DNA of 64,000 nucleotides, from the sequence record ON286972; one strand, 5' to 3'. The notes under the pieces were generated by a model. It worked only from the letters and a program-made list of their open reading frames with translations. It did not search any database and was not told where the DNA came from. Position 1 is the first letter of the stretch. Each line of letters begins with the position of its first letter. The stretch is from Escherichia phage A4. Shown piece after piece: positions 34,381 through 44,881 of this stretch. The translations under genes were made by a program, and so were the position numbers.

Positions 34381-37300
34381 TTAAGCAGTACGTTGAGCAA
34401 TAAACATATCTACTACTGGACTGTATCCATCATAAATCAACTGAACGATACTCACTCCACCTGGATTTGTGTTAATTTCACCACCAACGTTTGCATAAGT
34501 TCCGTCCCAATCAAAACTATGTCCACCAGTTGTATCTTGTGCGACATAGATATAATAAGAACCAGCTTTACCACTACCAATTAAACCAGTTATTGGTGTC
34601 ATCATTACGTTTTGATCTAGTGTTATATAATACACATTTGATAGACCATCTGGTGTCCAATTACCACCAACAGCAGCAGTACTTGCAGTAACTTTAGGTG
34701 ATGGAGTAACAGCATACTTTTTAGTAGTTACACTTTCAGTTACTAAATCAGCAATATCTGTATGTAGTGTACCTTCAATAGTTACATCTTTAGCAAATGT
34801 TGCATTTTCAGCAAATGAAGATGTACCAGTAACTGTGATTGCATCAGCAGACGCAGAACCTAGTGTTACAGCACCTTTAAGGTTAGTAGCACCAGTAATT
34901 GCTGCACCACCCGCAACTACATTGAAGCCACCCGCAGTGATTTCGATACCACCAGTACTAACAGTTAGTTTCTTACCGATAGTAACAACATCAGATAGTG
35001 TAGTTGCACCAGTAACTGCTAGAGTTGTGTTAATCTTAGCACTTGCCATAGTTGCTAGGCCAGAAGTTGTAATAGTTGCAGTAGTTACTGCACCAGACGC
35101 ACTAACGTTTGCACCAGACACATCACCAGTTGTGGTGATTGCACCATCACCAGCGTTGATAGTAGCACCATTAGTTGCAATACCACCTTTCAAAGTACTC
35201 AAACCTTCAGCAGTGATTGTTGAACCAACTGTTAGGGTTGTACCAGCAGCGATAAAGGTTGTAGAAGTTAGAGATTTAACTTCAACTGCACTTGCAGATT
35301 GGTCCAGTGTACCAATAATCTTACCACTAACAGTAAAGTCGCCAGTAGTTACTGCGTTACCATTAACAGTTAGGCTGTTAGCTGTTGAACCTTGTGCACC
35401 GAATGTTGCAGCACGTGCGTGCATATCTTCATCAGTAGTAATATCCTCAACTGCGTGAATTGTGGTATTAGAAGTTAATGAGTTCAGGGAAATATCCTGA
35501 CCAGCCAAATCTACTGAACCGTTAATATTACCAGCAACAAATAGGTTACTACCAATATAAGTATCACCAACAAATTGGATAGTTTCCGGTCTTGAACTAA
35601 CTTTAGGACCGATGATAATACCTTTCGCAGAAATATCAGCTTTAGGCATAGTCACAGTAGAAGCATCAGAGATGTTCACGGATGCACCATTAACAACCAA
35701 AGCACCACCAACAGTCAAACCAGTAGTTACCGCTGCACTACCAAATGTACCTTTACCAGTTGTGGTAATTGTAGTACCAGTAATGTCACCAGCAGCAGTG
35801 ATTGCGGTATTTGCACTAACAGCCAAACCACCAGTTAGAGTGCTTAGACCAGTAACTTCTAGTGTTTCTCTGGATTTCAAGCTTTTCGCATCAACTGGAG
35901 TAGTAGATAGATCCAATGTTCCAGGGTTTAGTGTTCCATTAATGGTAACATCACCAGAAACTGTTAGTGAACTGAGAGCAGCTTCACCAGCGGTTAGTTT
36001 TCCAGTTAGATTTGTAGTACCAGTAACAGCCAAAGCACCACCAGCACTTAGAGCACCAGTAACTTCCGCACTACTTAATGTAGCTTTACCACTTGTTGAA
36101 AGAGTAGTAGTGTTAGTACCACCATTTAGAGTTGAAACACCAGTAACAGTTAGTGTAGTACCAGCAGTTACAGAACCGAGTGCAGTTAAGTTAGCACTTG
36201 CATCAACACCTTCAACGTTTAGAACAGCAGAACCTAAGTTTAGGCTACCTTCAGGTGTAAATGCACCTTTAACAGTTAGGTCACCAGTAACAACTGCATC
36301 ACCTGAAACATCAACACTTGCTAGTGTTGCTTTACCAGAAGTTTGTAGAGTTGCGGATTGAACTTCACCAGTAGTTTTGATTAATGCAGAACCTGCATCA
36401 ACCCCACCAGATAGAGTACTTAGTCCAGTAACACCTAATGTTTCACCAATTGTCAAATAACCACCAACAGTTGCGTCATTATCAACTGCTACACCAACAC
36501 CAGTAGCACTTACTTGGATTGATTTAGAAGTAATTTTACCACCAACATCAACAGTACCATCAAAAGTTGCAGCACCTACAGTATGTAGGGTTGAACTTAG
36601 TGTAGTTGCACCAGAAATTGTTGGAGCACCAGTAATTGTACCAGTAGTTAGAATTAGGTCAGTACCAACAGTAGTACTTGTAGTACTTGCTAATGAGTTA
36701 GTTTCCAAATCAGCATTTGTGATAGTCAAGTTACCATCGATAGTAACGTCATTATCAACTTGTAGTGATTTAACAGTCAAATCAGTTGTACTAAAATCAA
36801 CGGAAGTTGCAGTGAAAGCACCTTCAACGTGCAAATCACCAGTAACATCTGTTGGTTTAGCTAGTGTTATTTTATCTCCAGCACTTGTGTATGAACCAGC
36901 ACTTACTGAACCATCAACCACTGCCGCAGCAGCAACTTTCAAGTTTCCAGAAGCAACAGTCAAGCCACCTTTAGCAGTAATACCACCGACGTTTACAGTT
37001 ACTGCGTTACCAAATGTTGAAGTACCAGTAACTTCAAGTGCACCAGAAACGGTCGCTTTACCACCGACTGTTGCATCACCAGTAACATTCAATTTACCAG
37101 CGGTTGCTTCAGTACTTGTTAGTTTTGGTAGAATACTTGGTTCAGTATTTTCAGTAACAGTAATAACACCAGAAGAAGTTAGTGATTTAACAGTTAGATC
37201 TGCCGCAGCAGCATTAATTGCACCATCAACAGTTAAGCTTCCACCAATGGTTGCACCTTCAGTTGTTGTTAATGATTTAGAACTGATATCAACTGGGCTT

Positions 37301-39918
37301 AAATCTAATCCACCTTCAGGTGTAAATGTACCTTTAACAGTTAAGTCACCATGTGCAACTGTATCATTTTCTAAATTAATACCATCGGTATTAACAATAG
37401 AAGGAGTAGTTACAGAAACAGCAGAAACAGCAGCCAATGTACTTTCACCAGTAACATTTAATGTAGAAATGTTTGCTGTAGTTACTGTTGCTGTACCAGT
37501 TGTACTGTTAGTTGTAGTAATATCAGTACTTTGTAATTTTGGTAGAATGTTAGTTCCAGTAGCATCATTACTAATCACAGGACCAGCACTAGTTAAAGAT
37601 TTAACACTTACATCTGCTGCACTTAAATCTACAGTACCATCAACAGTTAGGTTTCCACCTATATGTGCACTTTCAGATACATCAAGTGTTTTAACAGTTA
37701 CATCAGCCGCACTTAGGTCAATAACACCAGCCGTTAAAGTTCCAGTAACATTCAAATCACCACCAACTGATGCATTATGATCTACACTTAGACCAGTTCC
37801 GGTTCCGGTAATTTGTGCGGAAGCTGCGGTCACTTTAGTAGTTGCTGTGATATTTGGGGCAGAGATAGTACCGTCAGATTCAATTGAACCAGTTTCTAAT
37901 GCATCAGAACCAACACCAGTAACTTTACCAGTAACTTCAACTTTCAAGCCACTAAAGAGTGCGTTTCCACCAACACTTAGATTAGTTCCCACTGCAACTT
38001 CTTCAGTTGTGGTTACAGAATTAGGTAGAATGTCTAGACCATCAACGTTTGCTTTAATTGCAGCACCAGATAGTGTACCAGTAACGTTCAAATCTTTAAC
38101 AGTGGTTGTTTGACCAACAACTTCAAATAAACCATCAACTACCGTGTTACCAACCAATGTGGTAGTACCGTCAACTGTTAGGTTTCCAGATGCAGTTACG
38201 TCAACACCTTTAACATTACCAGATGCAGTTACATCTTTAGGAGTAATGTCTTGACCAGCTAGTGTAATACCAGTTGTAGTTCCAGTAACAGTCAAATCAG
38301 TTATAGTTGTGCCTTTTAGAACGGAATCCCCATCAACTGTTAGTGTACCAGAAGCATCTAGATTAACACCACTAATATTACCAGAAGCAGTTACATCTTT
38401 AGGTGTAATATCTTGACCAGAAATGTCAGGAACAAAACCAGTAACTGTACCAGTGAAATTAACGTCTTTGAATTGAGCCTTACCATCCACATCTAGAGTT
38501 AATGTATTTGGATCTTGTACCGCATTACCAGTTATTTTCAAATAATCAAATAGGTTCAAACCTTTTGCTGTAATACCGTAGGTAGATGCAGATACATCAC
38601 CAAATGTAGCAGTTTTCAGTACTGTTAGATTTGCTGGGGTCATTAATTCAGACTGTACTTCGTTTTGTAGAATTACAGTTGGGCGTAAACCAGGAGCAGT
38701 ATATGTAAAGTTAACTTTAGCATTCGTGTCTGCTACGTTTCCACCTAAAGTGACAGATTTTAAATTAGCATTCGCAGTTGAACCAACAATATTAGATTCT
38801 AGGTTTAATGCACCTTTTAGTGTAGTTAGTTTTTCAACAACTAAATTATCCGCAGTAATATCACTTAGTACAAAGTTACCTGATAGTGTTCCAGTAATAT
38901 CCAAATCACCAACAGTAGTTTTACCAGTAATATTAGTAGTTCCATCAACTTGTAGGTCAGTTAATTGTGTTTTACCTTTAGTTACACGTAGAATTGGTGT
39001 GGTTGGATCTTGTATTGAGTTACCAGAAAGTGTTAGGTAATCAAATAGGTTCAAACCTTTTGCGGTAATACCATTGGTTGCTGCTGATACATCACCAAAT
39101 GTAGCAGTTTTAAGTACTGTTAGATTTGCTGGAGTCATTAGCTCGGACTGTACTTCGTTTTGTAGAATTACAGTTGGGCGTAATCCTGGAGCAGTGTATG
39201 CAAAGCCTAGGCGTGCAGTCGAGTCCGCTGCATTAGAACCTAAAGATACAGCTTTTATGTTTGCTACAGTATTAGTACCAATGATGTTTGATTCTAGGGT
39301 TACAGCACCTTTTAATGTAGATAGTTTTTCAACAACTAAATTATCGGTATTAACATCCCCTAATGTGAAATCACCATCTAATTTACCAGTTACAGTTAGA
39401 TTCTCAACGGTTGCACCAGTTGCAGTAATATCAGTTGCTGATACAGTTGCAATGGTTGCTTCATTAGCAGTTAATTTATCAAAGCTTGCAGTGGTTGCTG
39501 CCGCAGCAGTGAGGTTACCATTTAATGTTGTTGTACCATTAACTTCTAATGCAGAAGTGGTGGTATCTTGAAAAATTGCTTTTCCTGATGTTTGTGTAAT
39601 ATCTTTGGCAAAAGTAGAAGTGCCATTAAAAGTAGCATTGGAATTAATAGTTGCTGTATCGGAACCAGCAGTAGTATTACCAATAACTGTATTGCCAAGT
39701 ACATCCATTCCACCCTTAAGTGACGCTTTGCCTGTAACATCGAGTGTTGTGTTGATTGTTGCTTGATCTACTGTAATTGCAGTGAAGGTAGCATCAGCGA
39801 AACTAACGGTCCCCTTAATGGTTACGTTTTTATCGAAGACCGCATTACCTTTAACTGATAATTCTTTACCAACATTAGTATTACCAGTTACTGCTAGATC
39901 TGTTTTTATCGAGTACAT
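34381..39918 (-). CDS. large repetitive tail fiber protein
   Basis: 1845 aa, extremely Thr/Gly/Val/Ala/Ser-rich with repeated motifs and an internal 165-aa tandem duplication. Confidence 0.65.
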   Translation of the reverse strand: MYSIKTDLAVTGNTNVGKELSVKGNAVFDKNVTIKGTVSFADATFTAITVDQATINTTLDVTGKASLKGGMDVLGNTVIGNTTAGSDTATINSNATFNGTSTFAKDITQTSGKAIFQDTTTSALEVNGTTTLNGNLTAAAATTASFDKLTANEATIATVSATDITATGATVENLTVTGKLDGDFTLGDVNTDNLVVEKLSTLKGAVTLESNIIGTNTVANIKAVSLGSNAADSTARLGFAYTAPGLRPTVILQNEVQSELMTPANLTVLKTATFGDVSAATNGITAKGLNLFDYLTLSGNSIQDPTTPILRVTKGKTQLTDLQVDGTTNITGKTTVGDLDITGTLSGNFVLSDITADNLVVEKLTTLKGALNLESNIVGSTANANLKSVTLGGNVADTNAKVNFTYTAPGLRPTVILQNEVQSELMTPANLTVLKTATFGDVSASTYGITAKGLNLFDYLKITGNAVQDPNTLTLDVDGKAQFKDVNFTGTVTGFVPDISGQDITPKDVTASGNISGVNLDASGTLTVDGDSVLKGTTITDLTVTGTTTGITLAGQDITPKDVTASGNVKGVDVTASGNLTVDGTTTLVGNTVVDGLFEVVGQTTTVKDLNVTGTLSGAAIKANVDGLDILPNSVTTTEEVAVGTNLSVGGNALFSGLKVEVTGKVTGVGSDALETGSIESDGTISAPNITATTKVTAASAQITGTGTGLSVDHNASVGGDLNVTGTLTAGVIDLSAADVTVKTLDVSESAHIGGNLTVDGTVDLSAADVSVKSLTSAGPVISNDATGTNILPKLQSTDITTTNSTTGTATVTTANISTLNVTGESTLAAVSAVSVTTPSIVNTDGINLENDTVAHGDLTVKGTFTPEGGLDLSPVDISSKSLTTTEGATIGGSLTVDGAINAAAADLTVKSLTSSGVITVTENTEPSILPKLTSTEATAGKLNVTGDATVGGKATVSGALEVTGTSTFGNAVTVNVGGITAKGGLTVASGNLKVAAAAVVDGSVSAGSYTSAGDKITLAKPTDVTGDLHVEGAFTATSVDFSTTDLTVKSLQVDNDVTIDGNLTITNADLETNSLASTTSTTVGTDLILTTGTITGAPTISGATTLSSTLHTVGAATFDGTVDVGGKITSKSIQVSATGVGVAVDNDATVGGYLTIGETLGVTGLSTLSGGVDAGSALIKTTGEVQSATLQTSGKATLASVDVSGDAVVTGDLTVKGAFTPEGSLNLGSAVLNVEGVDASANLTALGSVTAGTTLTVTGVSTLNGGTNTTTLSTSGKATLSSAEVTGALSAGGALAVTGTTNLTGKLTAGEAALSSLTVSGDVTINGTLNPGTLDLSTTPVDAKSLKSRETLEVTGLSTLTGGLAVSANTAITAAGDITGTTITTTGKGTFGSAAVTTGLTVGGALVVNGASVNISDASTVTMPKADISAKGIIIGPKVSSRPETIQFVGDTYIGSNLFVAGNINGSVDLAGQDISLNSLTSNTTIHAVEDITTDEDMHARAATFGAQGSTANSLTVNGNAVTTGDFTVSGKIIGTLDQSASAVEVKSLTSTTFIAAGTTLTVGSTITAEGLSTLKGGIATNGATINAGDGAITTTGDVSGANVSASGAVTTATITTSGLATMASAKINTTLAVTGATTLSDVVTIGKKLTVSTGGIEITAGGFNVVAGGAAITGATNLKGAVTLGSASADAITVTGTSSFAENATFAKDVTIEGTLHTDIADLVTESVTTKKYAVTPSPKVTASTAAVGGNWTPDGLSNVYYITLDQNVMMTPITGLIGSGKAGSYYIYVAQDTTGGHSFDWDGTYANVGGEINTNPGGVSIVQLIYDGYSPVVDMFIAQRTA
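38420..39405 (-). repeat. intragenic tandem duplication of about 495 bp (2 copies, diverged) within the large fiber gene
   Basis: The protein segment APGLRPTVILQNEVQSELMTPANLTVLKTATFGDVSA recurs 165 residues apart; matching DNA stretches seen around 38551 and 39046. Confidence 0.7.
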
Positions 39919-39974
39919 TCATTTCCCTCCATTTGGGTAAAATTAAAATACTTATTAACTGTGTTAATATGTAA

Positions 39975-39982
39975 TTATTTAT
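39975..39982 (-). promoter_or_regulatory. late-promoter-like motif for the large fiber gene
   Basis: ATAAATAA on the minus strand, between an upstream terminator and the GGAGGG RBS. Confidence 0.35.
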
Positions 39983-39992
39983 TTGTATATAT

Positions 39993-40025
39993 GAAAAAGC
40001 CAGGCACTAAGACATCATACCTGGC
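39993..40025 (-). terminator. hairpin terminator after the 300-aa fiber gene
   Basis: GCCAGG / CCTGGC stem with 15-nt loop, followed on the minus strand by TTTTT. Confidence 0.4.
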
Positions 40026-40032
40026 ATAAATC

Positions 40033-40935
40033 TTATTTCCCAGCGATAACAATCTTACCACTGAATTGTTCATCAGATACAAAAGTAACATTACCATCTG
40101 TATCAATTTGTGTATCCACGAATACCAAATCAAACGGTGCAGATGCTGTTGAACCAGGTACATCATTACCATAGATTGCCACGTACAAAGAATCAGGACT
40201 TTGTTTATGTGTATCAGCAGTGACAGTGTAAGTGAATTTATCAGCAGCAGCAATCCAGTCTGCTTTGTTAATCAATTTTCCGTATGGGGTAGTCATAGCG
40301 GTTGCTCCTATAATATTAACTTTAACCTCAGTAATACCATCTGGGAGGCCAAGCATTTTAATTGTAATATCCCCAAATCCAGACACTGTAATTTCGGAAT
40401 TAACCACACTACGAATATTTGGATTACCGTCTGTTGGTGTATCTTCCATTTGAACTAAAATGTCACGACCACGGTCATGTTGTGATTCAGGAATGGTATA
40501 TGTATATTCATCGACTGTTCCAGGAATAAGAACAAATGCTGCAACAGGGACAGAGAATGAAGTTACATAAGGACTATCGGTTACTGGACCACCACCATTA
40601 AATGGTTTCCAAATCCCAAGGTCTTTAATATATATTTGAACGATGTTGGTTGCATCAACCATAAAATAAACATCACCATCAGTTCCTAGTGTATCAGCAG
40701 GAGCGATATCACCACGCAAAATACCACTTGCACCACTACCACCATGAGCATTAAAATATGCTAAGGTTACTAGGTGTGTGTTTGCGGTTGGGTCACCAGC
40801 AGAAACCGGAAGAAGTCTTGTTCCAGAATAATCTTGGATTTGCACAATATCACCATTTGTTGTGAATTGTGCACCATTTTTACCTAGAATAAATTTCTTC
40901 TTCAAAGTTCCTTCTAAATTAGAAAAAACTGCCAT
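40033..40935 (-). CDS. tail fiber/spike protein sharing an N-terminal module with the next gene
   Basis: N-terminus MAVFSNLEGTLKKKFILGKNGA nearly identical to the 40953-43124 protein. Confidence 0.55.
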   Translation of the reverse strand: MAVFSNLEGTLKKKFILGKNGAQFTTNGDIVQIQDYSGTRLLPVSAGDPTANTHLVTLAYFNAHGGSGASGILRGDIAPADTLGTDGDVYFMVDATNIVQIYIKDLGIWKPFNGGGPVTDSPYVTSFSVPVAAFVLIPGTVDEYTYTIPESQHDRGRDILVQMEDTPTDGNPNIRSVVNSEITVSGFGDITIKMLGLPDGITEVKVNIIGATAMTTPYGKLINKADWIAAADKFTYTVTADTHKQSPDSLYVAIYGNDVPGSTASAPFDLVFVDTQIDTDGNVTFVSDEQFSGKIVIAGK

Positions 40936-40952
40936 TTTGAAATATCTCCTTA

Positions 40953-43124
40953 TTATGGAAGTGTAATGTATGTAATTGGGGATTCGGCTAACAATGGAGT
41001 CCCATCAGGGAAAGCAGTTTTTATTTCGTCTGCTATATCAATGCAAAATACCGAGTTGACCACGTATGTAGCTCGTGTTATATGAGTGTGGAGATCAGTC
41101 CCATTTTCACCAGCACCAGGAATTACAATTCTTGTACCTGCTGCTTTAGCATATTGGTTTGTACCCCATGCAGTGTTATGTGTTCGAATAGTTTTAGCAC
41201 CAACTACTGCTGCTTTAAGCTGTTCATATTTTCCTACGAATGCACCAGCTACTGTTACTACATATTTACCCCCAGATTGTTTGTGTAAAATTGTTCCTTT
41301 GGGGAAATATCTACCACCTGGGAATTCATCATAAGGTAGATAATATTGCTCCGTGACTGGTATCAGTACTGGGCCACGGTGACCAGTTCCATCTATTTCA
41401 GTTGTTACCGTGAAGTTATTACCAGATTGATCTATTCTATCAACATACATTCGTGAGAATGAATAATTTGATATATTAGCGTCATCTTGAACTATATTAC
41501 CAATCCAACTGGTATATGTATAATTAGTTCTGGTATAAACGCCACCACCTTCACCATCTTGATATTGACCAATTACATCTAAATTCTTTGTATAAATTTT
41601 ACTGAATTTTGATGATGATGGTAATCCACGCCAATATAATTTTTCACAAGTTATATTGTGCATATCAGTTTCGTTAGTCCATGCGTTTGCACCGGATGTG
41701 TATATTTCTATACTAGATTCAGGAATGAAAACGTTTTGAACTTTAAAATCTTTTGGTGGACCTGCATACCATGCATATTGGTGTGTTGCATCAGCAGGGT
41801 TAACACCCCATGTAAATTTAATCATTCTGTTTGTTGGTGCAGTTGCTGGATCATCCAAATAGCGACCAGTTAATCCGTCAACAACAAAATCTTGACATCC
41901 ATAAGTGATGATACCTGCGGCAGTTAAGCCAGTTCCAGTTGATATTGTGGTTGATGGAAATGTCTCATTATCTATTATATTAAAATTCTTACCGACTTCA
42001 ACGTGTATACATTGACGACAGTTATATACTCTATTTCGAGCAATAGTGAAGTTTTTAACATATTGACTATCTGGAATATCAACTCCATATGGACCTTTAC
42101 CAGCAACACCGATACCGATACCCCAGTTTGATAGTGGGATTGGAGCGTTAGTACCATCAACGTTTTCAATATGGTTTCCTTCAATGATTAGACCATCAGT
42201 GAAGTGTCTTGAAACTACGTTTAATTCAATACCATCACCATAGATATCGTGAATATGGTTATATGCATAGCGAGCATATTTTACTATCTCACCACTACCA
42301 CCTTGCTGTAGAACACCAAAGTTAACATCGTACATTTCATTGAAACAAAAGTCGAGAATACCTTCTGAAGTTAAATCACGCATAAAGAATGCACAGGTGA
42401 ATGTTGTACCATAAAAGCGGTTGAAATAGAACTTACCATTACCACCAGAAAACTGAATATAACTACGAGCAATGTTTGCCCCTTGTATTTTACAGTTGGT
42501 TGCTGATATCATTGTTTTACCAGTGCCAGTTAATGTGCCACCATACCATTCAATATTTTCAAAATATATTGCTTTGGATAAACGATAAACACCTTTACCT
42601 TGTATTTGGATATCATGAGCTTTAGCGTAATCAGCACAAGCTTGAACTGCGTCAGTATCATCAGCAATACCATCACCGATAGCACCAAATTCTTCAGGTG
42701 TTATATAATACAAAGCTTGTTGTAGTGTTCCACCAGAAACCAAACCAATATAATCAGAACCATTAGTACTGGATAATACTTTAGTATTAACATACATTGA
42801 TTTTATCCATGCACCATTCTTCTTAGCGAAAATATCTAGGATACCACCACTTTCTTGGTCTAATTGCAAATAAGTATAATTATTCTTACCAAGACTATTA
42901 TCTGGGATTTCATTCCCAAATAATACGGTTGGGTGGTCAGCGAGATACTTTGCAGTAATCGCTGAATTATCATTAATCGGTTCACCAACTTGTACGGGCA
43001 ATAAGATGCTTCCGAAACTATCTGTAATAGACAGGGAATTGTTAGCATAATTAATTAATGCCCCATTTTTACCAAGTATAAACTTGGTTTTCATTGTCCC
43101 TTCAAAGTTAGAAAAAACTGCCAT
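40953..43124 (-). CDS. tailspike with pectate-lyase-like right-handed beta-helix (putative polysaccharide depolymerase)
   Basis: Shared N-terminal module; EEFGAIGDGIADDTDAVQACADYA is the hallmark start of Pectate_lyase_3-type beta-helix tailspikes. Confidence 0.75.
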   Translation of the reverse strand: MAVFSNFEGTMKTKFILGKNGALINYANNSLSITDSFGSILLPVQVGEPINDNSAITAKYLADHPTVLFGNEIPDNSLGKNNYTYLQLDQESGGILDIFAKKNGAWIKSMYVNTKVLSSTNGSDYIGLVSGGTLQQALYYITPEEFGAIGDGIADDTDAVQACADYAKAHDIQIQGKGVYRLSKAIYFENIEWYGGTLTGTGKTMISATNCKIQGANIARSYIQFSGGNGKFYFNRFYGTTFTCAFFMRDLTSEGILDFCFNEMYDVNFGVLQQGGSGEIVKYARYAYNHIHDIYGDGIELNVVSRHFTDGLIIEGNHIENVDGTNAPIPLSNWGIGIGVAGKGPYGVDIPDSQYVKNFTIARNRVYNCRQCIHVEVGKNFNIIDNETFPSTTISTGTGLTAAGIITYGCQDFVVDGLTGRYLDDPATAPTNRMIKFTWGVNPADATHQYAWYAGPPKDFKVQNVFIPESSIEIYTSGANAWTNETDMHNITCEKLYWRGLPSSSKFSKIYTKNLDVIGQYQDGEGGGVYTRTNYTYTSWIGNIVQDDANISNYSFSRMYVDRIDQSGNNFTVTTEIDGTGHRGPVLIPVTEQYYLPYDEFPGGRYFPKGTILHKQSGGKYVVTVAGAFVGKYEQLKAAVVGAKTIRTHNTAWGTNQYAKAAGTRIVIPGAGENGTDLHTHITRATYVVNSVFCIDIADEIKTAFPDGTPLLAESPITYITLP

Positions 43125-43137
43125 TAATCAATCCCCC

Positions 43138-44265
43138 TTAGATGTTGTTTTCAATTGGTTGGATTGGTGCTTGCCATGCTAGAGTACAAATTACTTTCAT
43201 TTGACCATAATTACTGTTATTAACTGATTCATTAAAAACACAAGCAATGATTTCATCTTCTGCTGACGGTTCATGGTTTGTTTCATTAACGATAAAGCGT
43301 AGTGCACGGTTGATATCAAAATAATCAACTGGTGCAATAATAGTACCACCGATATCTTCTTGTGCTTCCCCACCTACACGAATGTGCATTTCAGTTACAG
43401 GGTCAATATAAGCTTGGGTGATATCAACTTCAATATTAGTTACTACATAACCTGCTGGGCATGTACCGATTACCAATACTGCGTTGGTCCATGAATGATC
43501 AATCGTGTTTACAACGATAATTGAATCTTTACCATTCTGACCCGGATCACCTTGCTTACCTTCTGGACCAGGTTCACCATCTTTACCACGGAACTCAATA
43601 CCTTCACTCCATTCTTTTGTTGGAGGGGTGGTTTGATTATTAATATCTACGTAATATAGTTTTCCATCAGTCGTGTTATAGAAGCAATAATCTTCTGGTA
43701 AGTTATCAATACTTGGGAAAGCAGGACCGTCACTGTCAATATGGAAACGACCACGTGGACCTTGTTCACCACGGAAATCAATACCATTACTCCATGAACC
43801 AGCTTTTTGATTATAAAAATACACTTTACCATCGGAAGTATTATAGAAAGTATATTGGTCAAATAGACCAGTGGTTGGGAAAACAGGACCAGAAGAATCA
43901 ATTTTAAATGATTTACCTGGTGCACCAGTATCACCTTTACCAAATTCTACTGTGTTCCAAGTACTTGGTTCTACACCAGCATCATTTGTTTTAAAATATA
44001 GTTTTGCAGTTCCATTTGCTAGACTTAAATAACACCAACCTTCTGGTTTATCAACTGCAAATGTACCGTCTGGTATTTCCATACCAACATCATCAGGATA
44101 GAAATTTTTACCATTAGTACCGTCATGTCCAACGACTAGACCCAAATCTTGTATTGTATTATCAGCGAATGTTACAATCAAATGTCCAGCAGAGTTAATT
44201 ACTAAACTCTTAATACCAGAATTGTTACATGAACCGCCAGACCCATTGTTGAATGAAATTGTCAT
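43138..44265 (-). CDS. collagen-like repeat tail fiber protein
   Basis: G-x-x triplet runs (GKDGEPGPEGKQGDPGQNGKD, GEQGPRG) and internal repeats around YFYN and YYVD. Confidence 0.6.
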   Translation of the reverse strand: MTISFNNGSGGSCNNSGIKSLVINSAGHLIVTFADNTIQDLGLVVGHDGTNGKNFYPDDVGMEIPDGTFAVDKPEGWCYLSLANGTAKLYFKTNDAGVEPSTWNTVEFGKGDTGAPGKSFKIDSSGPVFPTTGLFDQYTFYNTSDGKVYFYNQKAGSWSNGIDFRGEQGPRGRFHIDSDGPAFPSIDNLPEDYCFYNTTDGKLYYVDINNQTTPPTKEWSEGIEFRGKDGEPGPEGKQGDPGQNGKDSIIVVNTIDHSWTNAVLVIGTCPAGYVVTNIEVDITQAYIDPVTEMHIRVGGEAQEDIGGTIIAPVDYFDINRALRFIVNETNHEPSAEDEIIACVFNESVNNSNYGQMKVICTLAWQAPIQPIENNI

Positions 44266-44300
44266 AATTATTCCCTTTATGAATTGTTATCATATAGGAA

Positions 44301-44307
44301 TATTTAT
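44301..44307 (-). promoter_or_regulatory. late-promoter-like motif for the collagen-like fiber gene
   Basis: ATAAATA on the minus strand about 36 bp upstream of ATG 44265. Confidence 0.35.
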
Positions 44308-44335
44308 CTGTTCAATGCAGCAACGAAGACCAATA

Positions 44336-44343
44336 ATAAATAA
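44336..44343 (+). promoter_or_regulatory. late-promoter-like motif
   Basis: ATAAATAA about 32 bp upstream of ATG 44375. Confidence 0.35.
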
Positions 44344-44374
44344 ATGAAAGTTCACTACACAAAAGGGCTTAACA

Positions 44375-44872
44375 ATGGCTTTAAGATCAAAGAATTTTCT
44401 TTTCAAACGCAAAGGAAAAGATGGAGCTATTCAGGATTTTCCAGATTCTGATAGTTGGTATCCATCAAATGACGATTATCACTGGAACGAAGTGACATTA
44501 CCAATGGCAAGCGGTGGCTACTATGGTAGTACAACTGGTCTACATACAATTTCCTTCACATTACGTGAATTTATTGGAAGAATTTATGTGTTAGCAACAT
44601 TAGCTAGTAACCCAACTGATGATGATTGGTTCCCGATTAAATTTACCGAATCATGTAATTATTATCTGGAATTTACTGATACCAGAATTTACAACCCAAA
44701 TAATGGCGATAGTATGCTTGAGCATGGTACAACTGGCACATTTGCAGAAACACTAACTGGTAATTTTACATATTTGAAAGTTGGTATCGACCGTAATTAC
44801 ATTAGTCAGAATCCAACTGATATTCAAAAGAGTATGGCTGGAAAAATTGAAGAAATTTTAATAAACTTTTAA
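44375..44872 (+). CDS. hypothetical protein
   Basis: 165-aa ORF divergent from the fiber genes; ATAAATAA motif upstream. Confidence 0.5.
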   Translation: MALRSKNFLFKRKGKDGAIQDFPDSDSWYPSNDDYHWNEVTLPMASGGYYGSTTGLHTISFTLREFIGRIYVLATLASNPTDDDWFPIKFTESCNYYLEFTDTRIYNPNNGDSMLEHGTTGTFAETLTGNFTYLKVGIDRNYISQNPTDIQKSMAGKIEEILINF

Positions 44873-44881
44873 GGATTGGAA

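Noticed and set aside
34835-39571. Plus-strand ORFs of 88-353 aa lying antisense within the large minus-strand fiber gene
   Set aside because: Their translations are low-complexity Pro/Val/Ala/Thr strings, the mirror image of the Thr/Gly/Val-rich fiber coding strand, with no RBS or independent support; treated as artefacts of the repetitive composition.
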